Below are positions 18,640 through 29,841 of a stretch of DNA of 64,000 nucleotides, piece by piece (position 1 is the first letter of the stretch; each line of letters opens with the position of its first letter). The stretch comes from an uncultured Acidobacteriota bacterium. GTDB lineage: Bacteria > Acidobacteriota > JAQAZP01. Under the pieces are notes generated by a model. That model made no database searches and was not told where the DNA came from. It worked only from the letters and a program-made list of their open reading frames with translations. Where the stretch lies: the NCBI GenBank assembly GCA_963836075.1, contig CAWIIB010000001.1, positions 1,696,001 to 1,760,000 on the forward strand, in the 5' to 3' direction. The position numbers and the translations under genes were made by a program.

Positions 18640-20737
18640 ATGCATACACCGTTCTGGAGCAGACTGATGATCATCACCGGAATCCTCCTCCCGCTGGCCT
18701 TCCATGCCGCGCCGGGCGACACCCCGGGCAACACCTCCGCAGCACCGGCCGAGACCGCCGTACCGGTCGAAACCGTTCAAGCGGTTGTCGACCAGCTGGT
18801 GGAAAAGTACGGCGATGCCGAGGAAGCGCGGATACGCCGCTGCGTGCCCCGTGCCGCGGCGGCGTGGCGGGCGGAGGACGGCACCGCCGAAGAGTTCGCC
18901 GCGTTCTGCCTCGAGCAGTTCCAGCCCGACGACGGGTCACTGGACCTGCTGGCCGACCGCTTCGAGCTGATCTCGGAGCAGGTCAACGGCTACCTGCACG
19001 AGATGAACCGCCTGCTGCGCGAGCCGCTGGACCTGGACCAGGGCCCGATCATGCCCCTGGACCTGCTGGCCGCCCGGGTCAACCTGGGGAACCACCTGCA
19101 GGCCGACCTCTTTGCCAACAAGGTGGCCTTTGCCGTGCTGGTCAACCTGCCGGTCTACAGTCTGGAGGAGATGATCGAGCTGGGACCGGGGTGGAGCCGC
19201 CGGGAGTGGGCCCGGGCCCGCATGGCCCAGGCCTTTTCCGAGCGCCTGCCTTCGGAGGTCTCGCGGGAGATCGGCCAGGCTTTTCTCGAGGCGGACCACT
19301 ACATCAGCAGCTACAACATCCGCATGGACCGCCTGCTGAACGGTGAGGACCAGCGGCCCTTCCCCGAGGGCCTGCGGCTGATCACCCACTGGGGCCTCCG
19401 CGACGAGCTGAAGTCGCAGTACAGCGAGCCGGACGGCCTGGACCGGCAGCGGCTGATCAAGACGGTGATGGAGCGGATCATCCGCCAGGAGATCCCGGCA
19501 GATGGTGATCGACAACCCGGACCTGCTCTGGGCGCCGGAGAGCAACCTGGTCTACCCGCTGCCGGCCGAGGGGAAAACCCTGGCCGACCCGCTGGACGCG
19601 GAGCGGGAGGCCGACGAGCGCTACGCCCAGCTGCTGAAGATCTTCCACGCCGTGCGCCTGGCCGACCCGTGGTCCCCGGACCAGCCCACCTTTATCCAGC
19701 GCCGCTTCGAGCGCTACCGCCAGATCCCGGAAACGGAAGTGGCCCGGCTGCTGGAGAGCATCCTCTCCTCGCCCCAGGCGGCCGAGGTGGGACGGCTGAT
19801 CTCCAGCCGGCTGGGCCGCCCGCTGGAGCCCTTCGACATCTGGTACAACGGCTTCGCCCCCCGGGGCAGCCACCGCGAGGAGGAGCTGGACCGGCTGGTG
19901 AAGGAACGCTATCCCGACGTGGCCGCCTTCCAGGCCGACCTGCCGGTGATCCTCGGCAAGCTCGGCTTCAGCAAGGAAGACGCCCAGTTCCTGGCCGGCA
20001 AGATCGTGGTGGACGCCTCCCGCGGGGTGGGCCACGCTTCCGGCGCCCAGCGCCGGGAGGACTCGGCCCACCTGCGCACCCGGGTGGGTGAAGACGGCAT
20101 GGACTTCAAGGGCTACAACATCGCGGTCCACGAGTTCGGCCACAACGTGGAGCAGGTGCTGACCCTGAACCGCATCGACCACACCATGCTGCAGGGGGTG
20201 CCCAACACCGCCTTCACCGAGGCCTTCGCCTTCATCTTCCAGGACCGGGACCTGGAGCTGCTGGGGCTCACCGAGGAAAACCCCGACGTGAAGCACCTCA
20301 AGGCCCTGGACAACTTCTGGTCGGTCTACGAGATCGGCGGGGTGGCGCTGGTGGACATGGGGGTCTGGCGCTGGATGTATGACCACCCCGAGGCCACCCC
20401 GGCCCAGCTGCGCGAAGCGGTAGTCGACATCTCGAAGGACATCTGGAACCGCTTCTACGCGCCGGTGTTCGGCGGGCGCGACGAGATCCTGCTGGGCGTC
20501 TACTCGCACATGATCGACGCCGGGCTCTACCTCCCCGACTACCCCATGGGGCACATCATCGCCTTCCAGGTCGAGAGCTACATGGAGGGCAAGAACCTGG
20601 CCGAGGAGATGAAGCGGATGTGCGCCCAGGGCAGCATCACCCCCGACGCCTGGATGCGCGGGGCCACCGGCTCGCCCATCACCACCGAACCGCTGCTGGA
20701 GGCCACCGCCAGTGCGGTGAAGGCGCTGGGGAATTGA
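18640..20737 (+). CDS. secreted HEXXH zinc metallopeptidase-like protein (one frameshift ~19498)
   Basis: Signal peptide; HEFGH plus downstream NTAFTEA (gluzincin-like); the two ORFs join on removing one G in CCGGCAG. Confidence 0.75.
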
Positions 20738-20759
20738 GATAAATAAATCGGGACAGAAA

Positions 20760-20835
20760 AAAGGTGACAGTCACCCCCGGGCGGGTGACTGTCACCTTTT
20801 GAGATTGCTTCGTCGCTACGCTCCTCGCAATGACA
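20760..20835. repeat. composite REP/RPE-like palindromic element
   Basis: GGTGACAGTCACC..GGTGACTGTCACC followed by GATTGCTTCGTCGCTACGCTCCTCGCAATGAC; related copy at 22422-22524. Confidence 0.8.
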
Positions 20836-20836
20836 G

Positions 20837-22303
20837 CTACGGCGCCATCCCCTGAATCACGCACACCGCAGTATCGGTGTCCCCGGCCGGCGGGTAGGGC
20901 GGCTGGTTGTATGGTGCGGGCGTCACGTCCACGGCCACCAGGGTGAATGTGTTGTCCCCCACCAGTGCGCTTAGAGCCGGCAAGTTCTGATACCAGGACG
21001 TGCCGAAGCTCTCCCCCGGATCGAGGTTGGTCCACCCGGCCCGCCAGTTGACGTAATTCCCGCCGCCGGCCAGGCTGATGTTGATCCGCGCCGCCATCCT
21101 CCGCACCTGGTCGACATAGATGTTGGTCAGGCTGGTGCTCATCTGGGTGATGAAGGGCAGGGTGCCCGACGACGGGCTGCAGATCAGGCCGGCGGTGATG
21201 GTGGAATCCCGGCCCAGCATTACGCTGACGATGTCGTTGCCGCTGTCGGTCACGGCCAGGTCCTGGACACCGTCGCCACTCAGGTCGCCGGCCGCCACCG
21301 CGGTGGGAGAGAGGAAGGGTCCTCCATGACTGCGATACGGCTGGAAGGTGCCGTCCCCGTTGCCCCGCAGCACGGAGACCTGGGTGCCGCCGTAATCGGG
21401 TGCGGACAGGTCTGGGATACTGTCATTGTTCAGGTCTGCGACGGTGACCCTGTAGGGGGCACTGCCCACCGGGCAATTCACTTCTGTCTGCAGTGTGCCG
21501 TCCCCGTTACCCAGCAGCACCGCCACCACGTCACCGTTGTAGCATGCCGCGGCCACGTCGAGGTGGCCGTCGCCGTCCAGGTCGCCGATATCCAGGTTGT
21601 AGACGCCCCAGGTGGTGGGATGGAGAACCATGGCCTGGAAGGTCCCGTCACCGTTGCCGGCCAGGATTCCCACTCCCGCGCTCAAGAACGGCCCCACCAC
21701 CAGGTCTGGTGCGCCGTCCTCGTTGAAGTCGCCAATAGAAACTGAATAGGGCGTGTTGCCGGCATAGTATGTCACCCGGCCCTGGAACGAGCCGTCGCCG
21801 TTGTTGATGAATACGTTTACCGTGTTATCGGCCTGGGTGGCCACCACCATGTCCGAGTGGCCGCTGCCGTCCAGATCGCCGATGGCCACTGCCCTTGGAC
21901 CGTTTCCGCTAAGCATATGCTCCGCGGGCTGGAACGTCCCGTCCCCGTTGCCAAGGAGCAGCGAGATGTTGCTGCCGCTGCCATTGGCGGACACCAGGTC
22001 AAGGTAGCCGTCCCCGTTCAGGTAGCCGATGGCCGCCGCGTTGGGATCGTTTCCCACCCCGTAGCCCACCGCGGCCTGGAAGGTGCCGTCGCCATTGCCC
22101 AGCAGCACCGAGAGTTGTTGGCCCCACCAATCCGCGGTGACCAGGTCGAGATTGCCGTCGTCATCGAGGTCACCGATGGCCACGTGGTTGGGATGGTCGC
22201 TGACGGCGTAGTCCACCCCGGTTTCGAATTGCTGCGCCTGCAGCGCCGCTGCCGGAAGAAGACCAAGCACCAGCAGAAAAACAAACAGATTTCGGGTATT
22301 CAT
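20837..22303 (-). CDS. secreted FG-GAP/VCBS repeat protein with shared C-terminal domain
   Basis: Signal peptide; ~7 GDL[DN]GDG.LDL..VSVLLGNGDGTFQ repeats; ends DVTPAPYNQPPYPPAGDTDTAVCVIQGMAP. Confidence 0.9.
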   Translation of the reverse strand: MNTRNLFVFLLVLGLLPAAALQAQQFETGVDYAVSDHPNHVAIGDLDDDGNLDLVTADWWGQQLSVLLGNGDGTFQAAVGYGVGNDPNAAAIGYLNGDGYLDLVSANGSGSNISLLLGNGDGTFQPAEHMLSGNGPRAVAIGDLDGSGHSDMVVATQADNTVNVFINNGDGSFQGRVTYYAGNTPYSVSIGDFNEDGAPDLVVGPFLSAGVGILAGNGDGTFQAMVLHPTTWGVYNLDIGDLDGDGHLDVAAACYNGDVVAVLLGNGDGTLQTEVNCPVGSAPYRVTVADLNNDSIPDLSAPDYGGTQVSVLRGNGDGTFQPYRSHGGPFLSPTAVAAGDLSGDGVQDLAVTDSGNDIVSVMLGRDSTITAGLICSPSSGTLPFITQMSTSLTNIYVDQVRRMAARINISLAGGGNYVNWRAGWTNLDPGESFGTSWYQNLPALSALVGDNTFTLVAVDVTPAPYNQPPYPPAGDTDTAVCVIQGMAP

Positions 22304-22353
22304 GATGCCACCTCTTTCAGTTCTGCGGTTACAGTCACCCGGGACGACATCGC

Positions 22354-22396
22354 CCCGGTTATCCATATCGCGACAAAGAGCGGGACATCCGGACAG
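22354..22396 (-). promoter_or_regulatory. conserved 43-bp upstream element, copy 1
   Basis: 39/43 identical to 25662-25704; ~50 bp upstream of the start codon. Confidence 0.7.
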
Positions 22397-22421
22397 GATT
22401 ATTGACATAATTCAAAAATAA

Positions 22422-22524
22422 AACAGGTGACCGTCACCAGTTTCAGATGACGGTCACCTGTTGATGTGATTGCTTCGTCGCTGCGCTCCTCGCGATTAAA
22501 GGAGAAGCAGCGCTTCGCAATGAC
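22422..22524. repeat. composite REP/RPE-like palindromic element, copy 2
   Basis: CAGGTGACCGTCA..TGACGGTCACCTG followed by GATTGCTTCGTCGCTGCGCTCCTCGC..TCGCAATGAC. Confidence 0.8.
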
Positions 22525-22531
22525 AACTGCT

Positions 22532-25500
22532 CTATGGCGAAATTCCCTGGACGGTGCAGACCTCCACGGCGGTGTCACCAGCCGGGGCATAGGGCGGCTG
22601 GTTAAAAGGCGCCGGTGTCACGTCCTGGCAGACCAGAGTGAAGACGTTGTTGCCCACCAGGGTGGGCAGGCCGGGGAAATTCTGTCCCCAGGTGGAGACG
22701 AAGCTGTCGCTGCCGGCGATGTTGGTATACCCGGCGCGCCAGTTGGGGAAGAAGGCCCCGCCGGCCAGCGAGACGTCGATATGAGCCGAGGCGCGGCGGA
22801 TGCTCGCCGTGTTGTTGACGATCTCGGCGGTGAAGACGCTGGTGAACGGCAGCTGGCCGGAGCTCGGGTTGGCGTCCAGCGTCGCGGCGATGGTCTGGCC
22901 CAGCGGCGAGGTGGAGACCTCAAGCGAGAACTGGCCCCCCTGCAACGCGTCGTACCCGTCGCAAATGATGTAGTAGGTGGTAGGGCCCGTGGGGGTGACG
23001 GTGACGCAGAAGTTCTCCGTTGCGCCGTAGCCGATCACGTCGCTGCCGCCGAGACAGCTGCTCCCCGGGGAAGTGCAGCTGGGAGTGAGGTATATCGCGG
23101 CGTCGAGGCCGGTGTCCGGCATCATCGTGACACAGATCTCGCTGGGCGAGGAAAGCTCCACGGCGTAGACCACGTCACGGCCAGGCGAGACATATCCGGT
23201 GCAGGGGTTGCCCGCGCCTGCATCGTAGTCGTCGCAGGCAGTGAAGCTGTGGTCATTGTAGGCGTAGCTACCATAGGCACTGGGAATCATTCTCGCGCCG
23301 GAGCAGAGGTCGTGGGCCGGGTGGGGGTTGACCTCCTGGAGGAAGTTGGTGGTGCCGTTCTGCGCCTCGCCGTAGGAGAACGAGACGAAGCTGCCCCCCA
23401 GGCTGAAGACGCCAGTGGCGTCGTCGGGCGCCTGGACGGTCCAGACCGCCTCTCCGGTGCTGCTCAGCGGCACCGTGCCCACCGTCTGCGGGTTGTCGCC
23501 GCTGACCAGCGTGTACCCCGTGGGCAGTTCCAGGGTCACGATCAGTTCGTGGCCGTGGATGTCGCCGGTATTGGCCACCTGGCCCACCACGGTGAAGGTT
23601 TCGGCGCAGGAGACGAAGGAGGGGCAGTTAAGGGAGAAGGAGGAGAAGTCCGGGCCGTCGACCTTGACCCAGAACTCCTCGGCGGCCAGCGCGTAGTCCT
23701 CGGAGGAGGCGCCGTCGATGGCGCTTGACCAGCAGTAGACCCTGGCCACCTTAAGCCCGTCGGACTGGGCCGAGACCTGGTGCACGTTATCGTCGGGGTC
23801 GAAGTCCCAGTCCTCGTACGTCCCGCCGGCCAGCTGGTCGTAGAGCCGCAGGTTGATGTCGGTCAGGGCATACCAGCTGGTGGGATAGGCGTCCCCGTTG
23901 TACCCCACGCGCCGCTGCCAGACCAGGGTGGCTTTCTCGTGCTGGTCCAGCCAGCCGGCATAGAGGTCGTAGTCGCCGTCCGTATTGCGGGGGGTGACGT
24001 TGTCGATGAAGTGGTCGCCGGCGTTGAACCAGGCCTCGTTGAGGTCGAGATAGCCCCAGCCGAAACGCACGTCCCAGTGGTCGCCGTCCACCGGCCCGTC
24101 ATCGGCGGTGGTCTGGGTGTTGTTTGAGGTCCAGGCGTCGGCCGTGTTGAGCAGCACCGCCTTCTGGGCCATCACCGTGCCGATGCCGAAGTCTTGAAGC
24201 AGCAAAGCGCCGGAGCCGGTCTTCGGAGCGGCCGAGCTGGTGCCGCCCAGGTTTTGCCAGCCGCCGCCGACGTCGGGGCTCCTGGTGTTGGTGCCCGGCG
24301 CGGTGATGTCCGGCTTGCGCCGGCCGTCCAGCGTGGGGCCGGTGCTGCTGCTGGAGGAGATTACGTCGTCTGTGCGGGTGGCCGTGTTGTTGTCCCACAT
24401 GTTGGCCGAGGCGATGAGGTTGAAGGCCGGTGCCGGGTGGGTGATTGTGGTCACACCATAGTTCTCATTCCCGGTGGACTTGCTGACCAGGAAGTCGTAA
24501 GTGCTGATCACCCCGTCGAAGAAACGGTCGAAACCACTGTAGTCCTCGTCATCGGCGATGCCGCAGCCCCAGGAGTAGTTGAACACCTCGGCGTTGTCGC
24601 CGCTGTAGGTCAGGATCCAGTCGAACCCGTCCATGGTGTTGTTTTCGCAGCCGGCGTTTTCGACGAAGATCTTGTCCAGGCCCGAGGCCAGGCCCTGGAA
24701 CGTGGAGTCGGTGCTGGCATACATGCCCGTGGTGCCGGTGCCGTGGTAGTCGTTTTCAGTGAAGTTCTCCACAAAGGTGTGGGAACTGAGCGCCGGATGG
24801 GTCTCGTCCACGCCGCCGTCGATGGAGGCGATGTCCCAGGGGTCGCCGTCGATCACCGGGCTGTCGTTGTGAAACGCGTCGGCGCCGGTGGAGCTGAACT
24901 GGTTGTCCAGTTCCGGTTCGCCTGCCCGGTTGGCGCTGATGGTGAGCACCAGGGGATGTCCGGACAGCAGTTGGACCACCGCCGGAGCGGCACGATAGCG
25001 GTGACGGCGTTCATCGCTGTGAGACGGCTGTTGACCTTCCCCCCGATCGACTGGATGAAGGCGCACAGCTCGTCCTGGCTGGGGGTGAAGGCCTGGCGCA
25101 GCTGCCGGGTGATCTCGTTGTCGGTCTCCGTGGTGAGGGTTTCCAGCTCCTGTTTCAGTTCGCTGATCCGTTGCCGGTCGGCAGCGGGCAGGTACTGTCC
25201 CCACCGGCGGACGAAGAACTGCTCCTCCACCGGGCTGAGCGAAGCGCCCTTGGGGAACCCCTTGCGCCGCAGGGAGGTGATCTCAGTCTTGATTTCCGCG
25301 GCCCGGTCGGCATGCAGCATCCTGACCTGGCGGCCGATGGCGTCTCCGCCCTGGGGCATGAGCAGGATATTCACCTCCACCAGCCCCTCGAGCGAACCGT
25401 TGCAGGTGTTCTGCGAGATGCCGGTCTCGACGATCTGCCGCAGCAGGGGGTCGATCCTGACCACCGGTTCGCGCTGGACGGGTTCACCCGATTCCGAGAC

Positions 25501-25596
25501 GTGGAACACCTCCTCCGCGGCCAGAGCCGGCAGCGCCAGGACTACCATGAAGACAAGGACGATGAGAAAGGACCCGATTCTCTCCTGATGCCACAT
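22532..25596 (-). CDS. S8 subtilisin-like serine protease with shared C-terminal domain (frameshift ~24989)
   Basis: Signal peptide and prodomain; triad SIDGGVD / HGTGTTG / GGTSSAAP; KPDITAPG; ends DVTPAPFNQPPY..CTVQGISP. Confidence 0.85.
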
Positions 25597-25661
25597 TTTT
25601 CTTCCTCCCCTGTGGATCGTTGAGCTTCCGGGCTCGGTAGAAACTTTGCAACCGATTCCGG

Positions 25662-25704
25662 CCCGGTTGTCCATATCGCGACAAAGGGAGGGAAATCCGG
25701 ACAG
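25662..25704 (-). promoter_or_regulatory. conserved 43-bp upstream element, copy 2
   Basis: Near-identical to 22354-22396; ~65 bp upstream of the S8 start. Confidence 0.7.
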
Positions 25705-25718
25705 ATTCTTTGATTTTT

Positions 25719-28105
25719 TCAGGGGGATGAGAGAGGGGCCGACTCCTGCTCCGCCAGGGTCTGGTAGTGTGCCGCACGGTCGGTGTCGCCGGTGGTGCCA
25801 TAGAGTTGGGCAAGATACTCGTAGATTCTCCGGGTGCGCCAGTGATCGTTGCCGAGGATGGCCCGCACGCCTTCGAGACAGGTGAGCAGCTCCTCTTCGG
25901 CCTCAGCGTGGCGGCCCAGATGCATCAAGTGTACGGCCGCGTGTCGAGTGAAGCCACGGTTTCAACCAGTGACCTTCCTCGATGACATCGGGGGCCAACC
26001 CGATCGCCTCTTCAAGTTGGGGCAGTGCTTCTTCGTTGCGGCCCATCACACTTAATTGCAGACCGAGATTGTGCAGGCCGATGATCACGCTCTGGCTCTG
26101 GTCGCCGTGCACCCGCCGGCGGGTCTCCAGGGAGCGTTGGAACATTTCCAGGGCCTGGTCGTGCAGTTCCAGTTCCTGGTAGAGAAAGGCCAGATTGTTC
26201 AGGGCGATGGCGGTACGCGGGTGATCCTTACCAAACTCCTCTTGAAACCAGGCGTAGGCCTCTTCCAGAAGCGGCCTGGCCTCTTCGAGTTTCCCCTGCT
26301 GGCGGTAGACGTTGCCCAGCGACGCCATGGTGGTGATGGTCTCGTCATCCGGTGATTTCTTTACCGCCAGTGACCGTCTGAGACACTCTTCGAACAGCCG
26401 TTCCGCTTCGTCGATATCCCCCTTGTCCCAGTGCACCAGCGCCAGTTCGTGATAGGCCGTGATCCGCTCCGGGTGGTCCTCGACCAAGATTCTCCGCGGC
26501 CAGGTCAAACCCCTGGCGGACCCAACGCTCGGCTTCCTCCAGGTTTCCCAGGTCCAGATGCAGCGCGCCAATGTCCAGCAACAGTCCCACACGACTTTCC
26601 ACGGGGAAGTCGGGCAACTGGTTGCTGATTTCCATGGCCCGCAGCAGGTGCGGCTCGGCCTCGTCATACAGGCCGAGACCGTAATATGTGTAGCCCAGTC
26701 GATGGTGGGCCTGGGCCGCCACCTCCGGCTGGTCTTCCAGAGTCTTGTCCAGGGTTTGGGAAGCCCGTTCGAGAAGTTCCACCACCTTGACCTCGCGACC
26801 GTCAACCCAGGGGTCGGGGGCCTCCAGCATCTCGGAGAGGTAGGTGTTGAGCAGCTTGGCCTTCTCCGCTTCGGTCTCGGCGCGGGTGCGGGCCCTGGCG
26901 GCCGAGTTCCAGCCGGCCACAGAGATCACCAGGCCGGCCACCAGGGCGGTCAGGGCCAGGCCGGCCAGGGAGACCAGTCCCCGGTTGCGCCGGGCGAACC
27001 GCATGAACTGGTAGCCGAGGCTCGGCGGGCGGGCGCTGATCGGCTCGTGGTTCAGAAACCGCCGCAGGTCGGCGGCCAGTTCCGCGGCCGAGCCGTAGCG
27101 CCGGTCCTTCTCCTTCTGCAGGCACTTGCCGATGATCGTTTCCAGGTCGGCGGCAAAGGACTGGCCCGAGGCGCCGAGGGTGGAGGGATTCTCGTGCTCG
27201 ATGATCCGGGCCGCCTCGCTGATGCTCTTCCCGGAGATGGTCTGGGGCAGCCGCCCGGTGAGCAGCTCGTAGCCCAGCACGCCGAGGGTGTAGACATCGG
27301 AACGGATGTCCAGTTCCTCGTGCTGTCCCCGCACCTGCTCGGGGCTCATGTAGGCCAGGGTGCCGATGATCTGCCCGATGTCGGTCTGCATGGTGGTGGC
27401 CTGCAGGTCGGCGTCGGTGATCCGGGCCACGCCGAAGTCGAGCACCTTGGGCTGGCCGTCCGGGCGCACGAGGATGTTGGCCGGTTTGAGGTCGCGGTGG
27501 ATCACCCCGCGGCGGTGGGCGTGGTTCACCGCGTCACAGACCTTGATCAGCAGTTCCAGCCGTGCTTCGGTCCGCAGTTCGTGTTCCTCGGCGTAGCCGG
27601 GTCAGCGGCAGGCCGTCGACCAGTTCCATGGCAAAGAAGGGCTGGGTCCCGGTGGGGGTCTCCAGGGTTGCGGCCTCGAAGATCTGGGCGATGCCGGGGT
27701 GGTCCAGACGGCCCAGCACTTCGGCTTCCAGTTCGAAACGCCGGAGCAGTTGCGGGGAGACGGCGCCGCTGCGGATCAGCTTCAGCGCCACCTGGCGTCT
27801 GGGGTGCTCCTGCTCGGCCCGGTAGACCACGCCCATCCCGCCGGCGGCCAGGACTTCGATGATGCGGTAGTTGCCGAGGGATTTGCCGACCCACGGATCG
27901 TCGCGGACCATCGAGCCGATGAGCCGGCTGTTCCATGAATCCGTCCGCCGCGGCATCGGCATCGAGGAGCGAGGCCACCTCCGCGTGCAGTTCCCCATCG
28001 TCACCACAGGCATCCCTGAGAAAGGTCTCGCGCTGCTCAACGGGCAGACCGATGGGCCTCTTCCAACAGCTCCATCACCCGTTCCAACCGCTGGTCATCA
28101 GACAT
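25719..28105 (-). CDS. Ser/Thr protein kinase with TM and TPR repeats (about 5 frameshifts)
   Basis: Pieces in successive frames: [40 protein letters not shown], then TPRs (HP.TA.ALNNLA); start overlaps the ECF stop (ATGTCTGA). Confidence 0.85.
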
Positions 28106-28680
28106 CGCCGGTGGTGCCTCCGCCCTTCAGCTCCCGGAGCAGCCAGGCCCGGGCGTAGATCCAGCGCCGGCGGACAGTGCGGTCGGAGACGCCGAGCACC
28201 TCGGCGATCTCTTCCTCGGTGAGCCCGCTGAAGTATTTCAGTTCCACCACCTGCCGTGAATCGGCGGACTGCCTCGTCCAGCTTGTTCAGGGCCTGGTCC
28301 AGGGCCAGCAGATCGATCTCGGCATCACCGGCATCCGCTACATTGGCCAGTGTCACCCGCTGGCGTTGACCGTAGCGTTTGTCCCGGTTGCGCTTGCGCG
28401 AGTGGTCCACCAGCACCCGGCGGATCTGGTGGGCCGCCACACGGAAGAAATGCAACCGGTTGTGCCACTGCACGTCCTGCTGCTCGAACAGCTTGAGATA
28501 GACTTCATGGACCAGGGCGGTGGGCTGCAGGGTGTGATCGGGGCGCTCCAACCGCAGCTGGGCGGCGGCAAGACCGCGCAGTTCGCTGTAGACCAGTTCG
28601 ATCAGCTGATCCAGAGCAAGCTCGTCTCCGTGATCGCTGGCCTCCAACAGCCGGATAAGCTGTTCGGCAGGTTCTCCCAT
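28098..28680 (-). CDS. ECF sigma factor, TIGR02999-like kinase-associated type (frameshift ~28270)
   Basis: [44 protein letters not shown]; after the shift [32 protein letters not shown]. Confidence 0.88.
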
Positions 28681-28790
28681 TGGTCGGCCTCTTGAGAATA
28701 TCCCGGAAGGACAAAGAGCCGTAAGATCTTAAAAACAAGGGTAGTGGAAAGCCGGACTGCAGTCAAATCGTGCCTGGCCTCAGCCGGGAC

Positions 28791-28833
28791 AAAAAAAACC
28801 CCTGATCGCCGGTGCCGGCTTTCAGGGGGTTTT
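28791..28833 (-). terminator. rho-independent terminator
   Basis: ACCCCCTGA..TCAGGGG stem followed by T8 on the minus strand. Confidence 0.75.
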
Positions 28834-28934
28834 ATCGTACGATGTCATCGTGAAGAGCGTGTCCTCGCAAGCACAGCGAAACGATCTCTTCTGTCACCAT
28901 GAGGAGCAGGCGAAGCCGGCGACGCGGCGATCTT

Positions 28935-28967
28935 TGCAACAAACGGGGCCTGACCCCATTTGTTGCA
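28935..28967. repeat. REP-like palindrome (GGGG..TGACCCC core)
   Basis: TGCAACAAA-C-GGGGCCTGACCCC-A-TTTGTTGCA; related to 49900-49958. Confidence 0.6.
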
Positions 28968-29668
28968 CTACTCCTCCTCCACCTCCACTCCACTTCCTTC
29001 TCCACATCGGTGTCGGTGACCACTTTGTAGGCGTAGCGCTTCTTGATCTCCTTGTGCGGTCGGATTTGGTCATCTCCGTGCCGTCGTTGGGGCAGACATA
29101 GGCGCCCTTGTCCTTGTCCCTGGGCACCGAGATCACCAGGCCGCACTCACTGCAGGTGTAGGCCAGGCCGCTGTGGACGGTCTCGAACTGCTTGCAGATC
29201 ACGTTCTTGTCCTTGTCCGTGACAACAGCGCAGTGTTTGCCGTGGTGGTCCCATGACTGGTGGGTCTCCTTCACTGATGAAGATGGCGTGGTGCCCGCCT
29301 TCAAGGTGGTGCTCCTCGCCGGTGGTCACCTCGGTCCAGGTGTCGGAACCGTCGGAGGTGGTGATGATCTTGACCACCTGGGGTTCGCCCTCGTCACCGT
29401 CCAGGGCGATGGTGAATACCGAGTTCTCCTCGCCCTCCTCGCCGGTGTAGGTGAAGGTCCAGGCGTCCCCGTCCTGCTTCATGGTCAGCGTGCCGTCCCC
29501 CACCTCGATCACCTTGCCGTCTTCCAGCTCGTCGGCGGAGAGGGCGATGGCCTCGACCTTCTTGGTGCAGGCCTTTTCGTGCTTCTCACAGCCGGGCCCG
29601 GCAGTGGCCGGGAGCACCGCGCCGGCCAGGATACAGAAAGCCGCGAACAGGTAGAGATATTTACGCAT
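28968..29668 (-). CDS. secreted His/Cys-rich putative metal-binding protein (about 3 frameshifts)
   Basis: Signal peptide MRKYLYLFAAFC; HHLEGGHH, HHGKHC, YTCSECG, YVCPNDGTEM in successive frames. Confidence 0.65.
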
Positions 29669-29812
29669 GAACGATCCTCCTCGATTGCTGATTACCCGAA
29701 CCTCGATCCGGGCCAAAATGGCACAACCGCCCGTTGTGCGGGCGCCGTTCCTTTCAAATTCCTGTCGATATGGCGCGAAGCATACCGCCTGCAGACTCTA
29801 TACCAGGTATTC

Positions 29813-29828
29813 AGCAATTTCCATGCCT
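29813..29828 (-). promoter_or_regulatory. sigma54-like promoter
   Basis: Minus strand AGGCATGGAAATTGCT (GG-N10-GC). Confidence 0.55.
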
Positions 29829-29841
29829 GCCAGGGGGGGGA

